In this document: positions 55,751-62,946 of the stretch, piece after piece | Position numbering within the stretch: position 1 is the first letter of the stretch | Layout of the letters: the number at the start of each line of letters is the position of its first letter | Assembly (NCBI GenBank): GCA_021300195.1 | Contig: JAJTIE010000010.1 | Coordinates: forward strand, 15,605 to 79,604 | Source of the DNA: Bacteroidota bacterium | GTDB lineage: Bacteria; Bacteroidota; Bacteroidia; J057; JAJTIE01 | DNA length: 64,000 nucleotides | Reading direction: 5' to 3' | Made by a program: the position numbers and the translations under genes | Notes under the pieces: model-generated | Seen by the model: the letters and a program-made list of their open reading frames with translations, nothing else | Databases searched by the model: none | What the model was told of the DNA's origin: nothing

Positions 55751-56380
55751 ATGACTACCCTGTTTGATAGCGACCCGAATGCACGGCCGACTCCCGGCGA
55801 AAACCTGCTGCCCTACGATGGAGCCGCCTATTTATACCCGGGGGTGCTGCAGCCTGCCGAGGCCGACCGGTACTACCTGCTGCTGCGGCAGCAGGCAGCC
55901 TGGCAGGCAGACGAGGGGGTGCTGTATGGCAGGCCATTCCGTACCGAGCGGCAGGTAGCCTGGTATGGAGACCGGCCATACAGCTACCGCTATGCGGGCT
56001 ATACGCACACAGCACACAACTGGATAGCCCCCCTGCTAGCGCTAAAGGCACACTGCGAGTCCGTGAGCAACTCCGTGTATCACGCCTGCCTGCTAAACCT
56101 GTATCCCACGGGTGCGCAGGGCATGGGCTGGCATGCCGATGATGAGCCCGAGCTGGTGCCCCAGGCACCCATTGCCGCACTCAGCCTGGGGGCCGAGCGT
56201 CGCTTTGACCTGAAGCACCGGGCTACGGGCTACAGCGTGCAGCTTCTGCTACCCCCAGGCAGCCTGCTGGTAATGCGCGGGGCCACCCAGCAGCACTGGC
56301 TGCACCGGCTGCCACCCACCCGCAGGGTGCATGCCCCACGTATCAGCCTTACATTCAGGCAGATGGTAGCAGCCAGATAG
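55751..56380 (+). CDS. alkB: AlkB-like Fe(II)/2-oxoglutarate-dependent dioxygenase
   Basis: It has GMGWHADDE (the HxD motif), a distal His in QQHWLHRL and RISLTFR. I chose the start at MTTLFDS. Confidence 0.75.
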   Translation: MTTLFDSDPNARPTPGENLLPYDGAAYLYPGVLQPAEADRYYLLLRQQAAWQADEGVLYGRPFRTERQVAWYGDRPYSYRYAGYTHTAHNWIAPLLALKAHCESVSNSVYHACLLNLYPTGAQGMGWHADDEPELVPQAPIAALSLGAERRFDLKHRATGYSVQLLLPPGSLLVMRGATQQHWLHRLPPTRRVHAPRISLTFRQMVAAR

Positions 56381-56390
56381 AGCAGGCTAG

Positions 56391-57467
56391 CTAGGCCAGC
56401 AGGCGCTGATAGAGCAGCAGCAGGGGCTGGGCATCCCACTGCCAGTGCCGGGTAGCAGGCTGCCGGTAGCGGGCCAGGAAGTCGGCCAGCTCGCCCAGCC
56501 GGCTGATGGCGAGGCCCATGCCGGTTTGCGCATTCAGGGCATCCCAGGCAGGACTGTCTGTGTACAGAAAGGGGAGGCCGGCAGCCATGTATTCGTAGAA
56601 CTTGGTGGGTATACGCGTGGCAATGGCTGGCTGTGGGCTGTAGAGGGCCAGGCCCAGGTCGTGGCTCGCCATGCATGCTAGCAGCTGGCTATGGGGCACA
56701 TAGTGCTGGCCACCTACCAGCTGCACCCTGGGCAGCCGCGCAGCAGTGGCCTCCAGCTGCCGTGCATAGGCTGGGTGTGGCGCGTGGCCTGCCAGTGTAA
56801 GGCTGTGGGCAAAGGGCTGCGCCTGCACCAGGGCCAGGGCCGCCTCTACCCCCCAGTCTGCCGCCAGTGTGCCGCTCAGCAGCACCCGCAGGGGGGGCTG
56901 GGCACGGCGGGCCGGGCCTGGGGGCCGTGGCGTAGCCAGGGCTTTATTGGGTACATACACCACCTGGGCATGGGGCAGGGTGCCGGCATAGCAGGCCTCG
57001 GCCTGCACGGCTGCATCCACCCAGGCTACACTCAGGTGCTCCAGCAGGCGGATGCCCTGCCCCACCCAGGGCCAGTACCAGGGTGCGTAGGCGGCCCCGT
57101 GGGTCAGGTTGGCCAGGTAGTCTTCGTGCTGGTCATACACCAGCCGGCAGCCTAGTAGCCAGCGGGCACATAGGGCCAGTGGCAGCAGCTCGGGGCTATG
57201 CAGCTGCACCAGCCGGGGCCGGATGCGCCATAGGCGATACAGCAGGCAAAGCTGTAGGCGGATGCGCTGCCACACACCCTGTGGCCGGCTGTGCGGCCAC
57301 AGCACTACGCCATCGTGCCGATAGGCGGACCGGGCGGCCCCATGGGCCGGGTCTGCGGCCCCTAGCACATATACGGCATGGCCTGCGCGGGCAGCTGCTA
57401 CGGCCTCCTTAGCAAATATTCGGCTGTGGGTAACGGGATTGAGGATACTGATGTGCAGGATGCGCAT
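56391..57467 (-). CDS. GT-B fold glycosyltransferase (GT4-like)
   Basis: It has an N-terminal MRILHIS...AGHAVYVL and a C-terminal region PTKFYEYMAAGLPFL. It is very GC-rich relative to the genes just upstream. Confidence 0.6.
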   Translation of the reverse strand: MRILHISILNPVTHSRIFAKEAVAAARAGHAVYVLGAADPAHGAARSAYRHDGVVLWPHSRPQGVWQRIRLQLCLLYRLWRIRPRLVQLHSPELLPLALCARWLLGCRLVYDQHEDYLANLTHGAAYAPWYWPWVGQGIRLLEHLSVAWVDAAVQAEACYAGTLPHAQVVYVPNKALATPRPPGPARRAQPPLRVLLSGTLAADWGVEAALALVQAQPFAHSLTLAGHAPHPAYARQLEATAARLPRVQLVGGQHYVPHSQLLACMASHDLGLALYSPQPAIATRIPTKFYEYMAAGLPFLYTDSPAWDALNAQTGMGLAISRLGELADFLARYRQPATRHWQWDAQPLLLLYQRLLA

Positions 57468-57487
57468 GAAAGAACCGCGCGAAGCGA

Positions 57488-58075
57488 CTAATGCGTGGAG
57501 AATTTCTCCTGTATCTCCATCCGCTCACGCTGCTGGGCATCGCTCCGCACTGCAATGCGTACGAAGTAGCGCTCGGTATAGCCTTCTATAGGCTTGAGCA
57601 GCAGGACGATCAGGGCCTTGGGGATGAGGCTGATCATAAAGTTGGCCACTCCGCTGTCAAAAAAAGTCAGGTCCTCTATCACTGCCTCCTCCAGCACCTC
57701 CGTCAGGAACATGAGTACGACCGCAAAAACCAGAATAAAGGTCTGTGCCCGGCGGCTGGCACGGGCCCGGGTCAGCTCGTCTATGGTATTTTTCAGGTCT
57801 ACATTGGTTTTCTGTAGGTCCTGGTTTATGCGCTGTATTTCTTCGGCCTGCTGCTCCAGCAGCATATTGGCGCTCTTCAGCTTGCGCTGCAGGCGGTCTC
57901 CTACGCTGGTTAGCAGCTTGGTATCGCCCAGCAGGGTTTCGTATCCCTTTACCAGCGAATCTACTGCCGTTTTGTATTCTTCTCGGGTCAGGGCATCGTC
58001 ATCCGCCACTGCTCGGTATTTTTCCAGCAGCTCGTTCTCTCTCCGGTAGGCAACCTCTGATTTCTTTTGAGACAT
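57488..58075 (-). CDS. coiled-coil protein with two C-terminal hydrophobic segments (hypothetical)
   Basis: It has about 100 aa of heptad-like sequence (LQRKLKSANMLLEQQAEEIQRINQDLQKTNVDLKNTIDEL), then FILVFAVVLMFLTEVL and FMISLIPKALIVLLL. Confidence 0.55.
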   Translation of the reverse strand: MSQKKSEVAYRRENELLEKYRAVADDDALTREEYKTAVDSLVKGYETLLGDTKLLTSVGDRLQRKLKSANMLLEQQAEEIQRINQDLQKTNVDLKNTIDELTRARASRRAQTFILVFAVVLMFLTEVLEEAVIEDLTFFDSGVANFMISLIPKALIVLLLKPIEGYTERYFVRIAVRSDAQQRERMEIQEKFSTH

Positions 58076-58093
58076 GAATGTACGGTAGGGGCA

Positions 58094-58492
58094 CTAGTAG
58101 GTATCTGTGCGCTCCAGCAGCTGAAAAGGTACAGTAAGGGTAGACTGGTAGTCTTCGCCGGCCTCTTGCATGTCAGTATCGTCTTCGAAGTAGTGCCAGC
58201 GGATAAGGCAGGGCTTGCCTGTATCGTGGAAGTCTTGGATAAAACGAAGAATTTCGAGTATGTATTTGGCTGAGCTGGTATTGAAATAGTCGAAACTGAA
58301 ATCAATGGTCATCCCTCGGGGTGCCTCCGACTCTGAATAGGTACGAAACCACTCCAAAATGGGGGCGTAAAACTTGGTCGAGTTTTCGGGATAGGAGTTT
58401 CCTACTAGCTCAAACACGCCGATATGGGGATCCAGTCTTACACGTGGTGTGTCTTCGCTGGCTTCTATTACTAGGGCTTCTATGCTCATCAT
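58094..58492 (-). CDS. SiaC-family (DUF1987) regulatory phosphoprotein-like
   Basis: Its pattern is shared with SiaC: GNSYPENS, FDYFNTSSAKYILEIL, IRWHYFEDD and PFQL. It is 132 aa. Confidence 0.7.
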   Translation of the reverse strand: MMSIEALVIEASEDTPRVRLDPHIGVFELVGNSYPENSTKFYAPILEWFRTYSESEAPRGMTIDFSFDYFNTSSAKYILEILRFIQDFHDTGKPCLIRWHYFEDDTDMQEAGEDYQSTLTVPFQLLERTDTY

Positions 58493-58494
58493 GT

Positions 58495-58986
58495 TTAAAC
58501 TACAAAGCGCATGTTAAAAAACAGAGTCTCCTCACTCACTTCTTGGCTGGAGTAGCTCACACGGTTGTCTACCGTCTTCCGGGCAATGTTCAGTATACCC
58601 AGGCCGCCGCCACCAGCGGCACTTATCTTGCCGTTGGTCAGTACTTTTTGGTAAAACTCGCGCAGTTCGTCCCGGCTCATCAGGTTGATCTTATCGATAT
58701 ACCGGGCTAGCTTCTCAGCCTTGGACTTTGTGATGAGGTTTCCGGTAGAGATCTGGTAGCCCGATTCTACTTTCTCAATCTGCAAGCGCGGCGGAAAATC
58801 GGCGGCTGAGGGGGCGTGGTGCATCAGGTTCTGGCAGGCCTCTATCAGGATGGAGTTGATTTTTTTTCGGAAGGGCACTTTTTCGCCCATCTCGGCCATC
58901 CTGGCATCCATGGTTACCAGTATCCTGTTCAGCACGGAATTGTCCATTTCACCGGCAAAATCATATATCACGTTGGAATCAGACAT
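58495..58986 (-). CDS. SiaB-like / RsbW-type GHKL serine-threonine kinase
   Basis: It has the N-box-like IEACQNLMHH and the Gly-rich ATP lid SAAGGGGLGILNIARK. It is 163 aa and sits immediately upstream of the DUF1987 gene. Confidence 0.6.
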   Translation of the reverse strand: MSDSNVIYDFAGEMDNSVLNRILVTMDARMAEMGEKVPFRKKINSILIEACQNLMHHAPSAADFPPRLQIEKVESGYQISTGNLITKSKAEKLARYIDKINLMSRDELREFYQKVLTNGKISAAGGGGLGILNIARKTVDNRVSYSSQEVSEETLFFNMRFVV

Positions 58987-59034
58987 TTATGCAGGGTGCT
59001 CTGCTTTTGTGAATTTAGCGGTTTGGCAGTTCAG

Positions 59035-59042
59035 CAAATGTA
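59035..59042 (-). promoter_or_regulatory. candidate -7 promoter box (TAcaTTTG on the minus strand) for the 58986..57488 module
   Basis: The plus strand reads CAAATGTA. It lies 49 nt upstream of the start at 58986. Confidence 0.35.
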
Positions 59043-59135
59043 CACATGCTTTTCAAATCGCCGAATGCTGGAGGGAAAAAGTAGCAGAAAATAAGAAAAC
59101 CCGCAGCAGCATCCTGCACAACTATCATTGATGCT

Positions 59136-59143
59136 TATATTTG
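59136..59143 (+). promoter_or_regulatory. candidate -7 promoter box (TAtaTTTG) abutting the ATG at 59149
   Basis: It matches TAnnTTTG and ends 5 nt before the start codon. Confidence 0.35.
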
Positions 59144-59148
59144 CCTGA

Positions 59149-60540
59149 ATGAAGGCTGCGGAAGATTTATACGCATTGGACACCCATTTTGATACAGCAA
59201 CGCTGGCCGACTGGAAGCGGCAGATAGAGCTGGAGCTGAAGGGCGGGCAGTATTCCGACCGCATGCACTACCGGCTACGCGGCGGGCTAGTGGCCGAGGC
59301 AGTCGGCCATCCGGAAACACAGGTCGTTACACCCGGCTACCTGGCGCCAGAGCGGGCAGACTGGGTGCTGCAGCAGTCCTTCGTATTAGCCGGAGACCTG
59401 GTTGCCCTCAATCGACTCATCCTGCAGCAGCTGGTACAGGGCACAGAGGCTATCTGCCTACGCCTGCCCTACCACGAGGCATTCCTGACCGAGCCTGAAC
59501 GAGACTACCTGCCCATGCTGGAGACGGTGCTGAATGGCGTACTGCCCGGCTATATCGCCATTAGTTTTCACGCCGGTATGCAGGGCAGCTATGTGCTGGG
59601 CGCCTATATAAAATGGCTGCAGCAGCATGGGCACGACCCCGCCACCGTAACAGGCGCCTTCCTGTGGGACCCCTACACGCTGGCAGCCTGGAGTGGCCAC
59701 TGGGACGACGCGGATGTGGAGCAGGCAAAAGACTTTGGGCTGAACCTGCAGCAAATGCTACCCGGATATAGCTGGCAGGCTGTAGACGGATATTTCTACA
59801 ACGCCTGTGGGGCAACGGGCGTGCAGGAGCTGGCCTATGCCCTGTGCGCCCTGCTGGAGCTGGGGCAGCCCAACAGCGATAACCACCTGCACCTGAGGCT
59901 GGCAAGCAGCCGAAACCTGATGACCGAGGTGGCCAAGCTGCGGGCCGTACGCAGCCTGTGGCAGCGCCTGGCCCAGCAGTATCGGCCCGAGCTAACCGAT
60001 ACCCCCATACGGCTTACGGTAGTATCGGCCCTGTGGCCCCTGGCCCAGGCCGACCCGCACAACAACCTGGTACGCAACACCCTGCAGGCCATTGCCGGTG
60101 TGTGGGGCGGGGCAGATTATCTGGACCTACAGCCGTACAATCAGCTGAACGAGCTGAATGATGCCTTTGGGCTACGGCTGGCAAAAAACATACAGCTCCT
60201 GCTGAAGGAAGAAAGTCACCAGAACCAGGTGATAGACCCCACCGCCGGCTCTTACACACTGGAGCAGCTAACCCATGCCACCCTAGAGGCTGCACACCAG
60301 CTGGCAGCTGAGATACTGGCCACGGGCGGCCTGGCTACCAGGCTGAAGACAAGCAAGCTACAGAATGAAATGGCCGCCGAACGCGAGCGCCTCATTAGCC
60401 GCTTCGATACCGGCAGCGAGGTGATAGTAGGGGTAAACAAGTATAAAAGCGGCGAGGAACAGCCCGCACCAGTGCCCGCCTTCCGGCCTGCTGTAGCGCA
60501 GCCCAATATCGAGCGGATCACCCCAATTCGGCTGGGCTAA
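59149..60540 (+). CDS. methylmalonyl-CoA mutase family protein, small-subunit (MutA)-like, without a B12-binding domain
   Basis: Its pattern is shared with MutA (YFYNACGATGVQELAYAL, EVAKLRAVRSLW, DPHNNLVRNTLQAIAGVWGGADYL, DPTAGSYTLEQLT). It is 463 aa. Confidence 0.7.
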   Translation: MKAAEDLYALDTHFDTATLADWKRQIELELKGGQYSDRMHYRLRGGLVAEAVGHPETQVVTPGYLAPERADWVLQQSFVLAGDLVALNRLILQQLVQGTEAICLRLPYHEAFLTEPERDYLPMLETVLNGVLPGYIAISFHAGMQGSYVLGAYIKWLQQHGHDPATVTGAFLWDPYTLAAWSGHWDDADVEQAKDFGLNLQQMLPGYSWQAVDGYFYNACGATGVQELAYALCALLELGQPNSDNHLHLRLASSRNLMTEVAKLRAVRSLWQRLAQQYRPELTDTPIRLTVVSALWPLAQADPHNNLVRNTLQAIAGVWGGADYLDLQPYNQLNELNDAFGLRLAKNIQLLLKEESHQNQVIDPTAGSYTLEQLTHATLEAAHQLAAEILATGGLATRLKTSKLQNEMAAERERLISRFDTGSEVIVGVNKYKSGEEQPAPVPAFRPAVAQPNIERITPIRLG

Positions 60541-61113
60541 ATGCTGGATGCCGCCCTACAGCTGGACCAAGACCTGATGCTGTGGCTAAACCGGCAGCAT
60601 ACGCCCCTACTCGACTCTTTCTGGTGGATTGTTTCGCTGAAATACACCTGGATCCCCCTGTACCTACTATTGCTGGTGCTGGCCATACGGCGCTACGGAA
60701 AGCGTAGCTGGATCCTGCTGCTCGGCTTTGGCCTCAGTGTGGGGGCGGCAGACTATGTGGCCAGCGGTGTGCTGAAGCCCGCTGTGGGGCGGGTGCGCCC
60801 CTGCCAGGAGCCACAGCTGGCAGATCGCATTCATACCGTACACGGATACTGCCGCAGTTCGCCCAGCTTCCCGAGCAGCCACGCCGGAAACAGCCTGTGC
60901 GTCCTGCTACTCAGCCTCTATTTCTTTGCCAGGCAGTACCGCTGGCTCATCCCCATTGTGATGCTGTACTGCCTGCTGCATAGCTATAGCCGCATCTATC
61001 TGGGGGTGCACTACCCGGGCGATATCCTGGGTGGCTGGCTAGTGGGCGGCCTGTGTGCGGGCCTGTGCACCCGGGTGCTAGCCCAAACAGGCAGACGCGC
61101 GCTGCGCGCTTAG
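60541..61113 (+). CDS. PAP2-family (type 2 phosphatidic acid) phosphatase
   Basis: It has the PAP2 motifs KPAVGRVRP, PSSH and SRIYLGVHYPGD. Its ATG follows the upstream TAA directly. Confidence 0.8.
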   Translation: MLDAALQLDQDLMLWLNRQHTPLLDSFWWIVSLKYTWIPLYLLLLVLAIRRYGKRSWILLLGFGLSVGAADYVASGVLKPAVGRVRPCQEPQLADRIHTVHGYCRSSPSFPSSHAGNSLCVLLLSLYFFARQYRWLIPIVMLYCLLHSYSRIYLGVHYPGDILGGWLVGGLCAGLCTRVLAQTGRRALRA

Positions 61114-61429
61114 GCAAAGCCCGTGTGCCGAAGCAAAGCCCAACATCGCATAAAAGTGCGCCGTTGCAAGGCAGCTACACACCCCAAAAGCACGATAATT
61201 GCACAATAAGCATGCAGCCCGTTTGTAACTTTTGTGTTAAAAACTCGTTACACCTATTGATATATATGATAGAAAACAGGTAACTAGATAAAATACAAAA
61301 TATTGGATATCAGTAAATTACATAAAAAATCTACGTATCGCCCAAATGCCTTCCAGCTGAAAAAGGTGAAAGATTGTTAAAAAGCCGTCTTGATCCATTT
61401 CGACAAGGGAGGCATTTAGCCTAAAGTGC

Positions 61430-61437
61430 TACCTTTG
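61430..61437 (+). promoter_or_regulatory. candidate -7 promoter box (TAccTTTG)
   Basis: It matches TAnnTTTG and lies 12 nt upstream of the ATG at 61450. It is the same octamer as at 6642. Confidence 0.4.
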
Positions 61438-61449
61438 CGAGAGTTTAAG

Positions 61450-62412
61450 ATGGAAAAGATATATATTCTATTCAGTATCATGCTGTTGGGCTGGGCCCAA
61501 GCGCAGCCCGCTTCGGAATCCGGGCGCCAGATACCACATGCCGAGAATCGCGCATTTTTGCTGGACTCTGCCAGTAGCGAGCTGCTGGGCTATCAGCCAA
61601 ACCATTTCAGTGGCAGTGGCTTGTTTGAAAAAGCCGGAGGCACTTATGTGGCCGATAGCTTTCAAACATCGGCCTTTCAGAACAAAATACTCGACTATTA
61701 TCACCACGATGTTACCAGCCTGAGCGATACATTCGAGTTTTCGCTTATAGACCCCCATACCGGAGCATCCAAATTCGTTTTCCCGATCAAGGGGCGCGTA
61801 AGCAGCGGCTTCGGCCCACGCTATTTCTGGGGCTACCACTTTCACTATGGTACCGACATCACCCTGCAGCGCGGCGACAGTGTGGTAGCTGCTATGGACG
61901 GTACCGTGCGCATTGTGCGGGTAGACCGCTGGGGGTACGGCAACTTTGTAGTCATCACCCACGATAACGGCCTGGAAACACTCTATGGCCACTTGGATAA
62001 ATCGCTGGTACTGGAGGGTCAGCCCATAAAAGCCGGAGAGCTGGTAGGCCTGGGTGGCAGCACCGGGCGTAGCTCTGGCCCGCACCTGCACTTCGAGTTT
62101 CGCTTCATGGGCGAGCAGTTCGACCCGGAAAAGGTATGCTCCTTTGAAGACGGACAACTAAAATGCAGCAAGATCCAGCTAGACCGAAACTGGTTTCGCC
62201 ATCTGGGTGGCAAAAACTATGCCTCGGCTGCAAAGGTTGCCAATCCGGCTGCCATAGGCACCGGCGGTGCCGTGTATCACACCATCCGCCCGGGCCAAAA
62301 CCTGGGCCTGATAGCCCGGCAATACAACACCAGCGTAGAGAGCCTGTGCCGCCTGAATGGCATCACGGCCCGGACGACCATCCTGGCTGGCAAAACCCTG
62401 CGCGTTAAGTAG
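61450..62412 (+). CDS. secreted M23 metallopeptidase with a C-terminal LysM domain
   Basis: It has a signal peptide (MEKIYILFSIMLLGWAQAQ) and the M23 motifs HYGTDI and GSTGRSSGPHLHFEF. The LysM domain reads YHTIRPGQNLGLIARQYNTSVESLCRLNGI. Confidence 0.85.
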   Translation: MEKIYILFSIMLLGWAQAQPASESGRQIPHAENRAFLLDSASSELLGYQPNHFSGSGLFEKAGGTYVADSFQTSAFQNKILDYYHHDVTSLSDTFEFSLIDPHTGASKFVFPIKGRVSSGFGPRYFWGYHFHYGTDITLQRGDSVVAAMDGTVRIVRVDRWGYGNFVVITHDNGLETLYGHLDKSLVLEGQPIKAGELVGLGGSTGRSSGPHLHFEFRFMGEQFDPEKVCSFEDGQLKCSKIQLDRNWFRHLGGKNYASAAKVANPAAIGTGGAVYHTIRPGQNLGLIARQYNTSVESLCRLNGITARTTILAGKTLRVK

Positions 62413-62424
62413 GTGGCATCCCCA

Positions 62425-62928
62425 ATGCGGCTTCTGCTTGTATGTACCTGTGCACTGGCAGTAGCCGCCTGTGCCCAAAACGACAGCGACCCACAGTCGG
62501 GCAAGGAATCCATAGCTAAAGCAGGAAAAGAAAAAACTTCGTCAGCTATTGCGGATGTACCCACTGCGAGCCGGGCATTCTGTACCTGCAACCGGCGGGT
62601 AATAAACAAGAACATACCCCGGATGCAGGCCATGCAAGATGATCCGGTAGAGCAGATACCGGCCGCCCAGATGGCCGAAGCCATGAAGGCAGCGATGGCC
62701 GTGGGCGAGGATCTGCGCCTTGGGCTCGACTCCTGCCGCAGCCAGCTGGCCCACTTCATCCGCCGTGTAGAGCAAGACACCACACTGGCACGGAATTTTG
62801 GCGAAGCCCTGGAAGCCTGCATGGAACCCATTTTGAAAAAGAACAAGGCGGCCCTGGAAGCCTACGACCAGTATCTGGATAAGCTAAGCCAACGCCAGCA
62901 CCAAGTGCTGGAACAGTTAAGCAAGTAA
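62425..62928 (+). CDS. hypothetical lipoprotein
   Basis: It has a lipobox (MRLLLVCTCALAVAAC) and a helical, Ala/Glu/Lys-rich body. I chose the ATG at 62425 over the track GTG at 62413. Confidence 0.5.
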   Translation: MRLLLVCTCALAVAACAQNDSDPQSGKESIAKAGKEKTSSAIADVPTASRAFCTCNRRVINKNIPRMQAMQDDPVEQIPAAQMAEAMKAAMAVGEDLRLGLDSCRSQLAHFIRRVEQDTTLARNFGEALEACMEPILKKNKAALEAYDQYLDKLSQRQHQVLEQLSK

Positions 62929-62946
62929 GGCCTATCTTTGCCGGCC

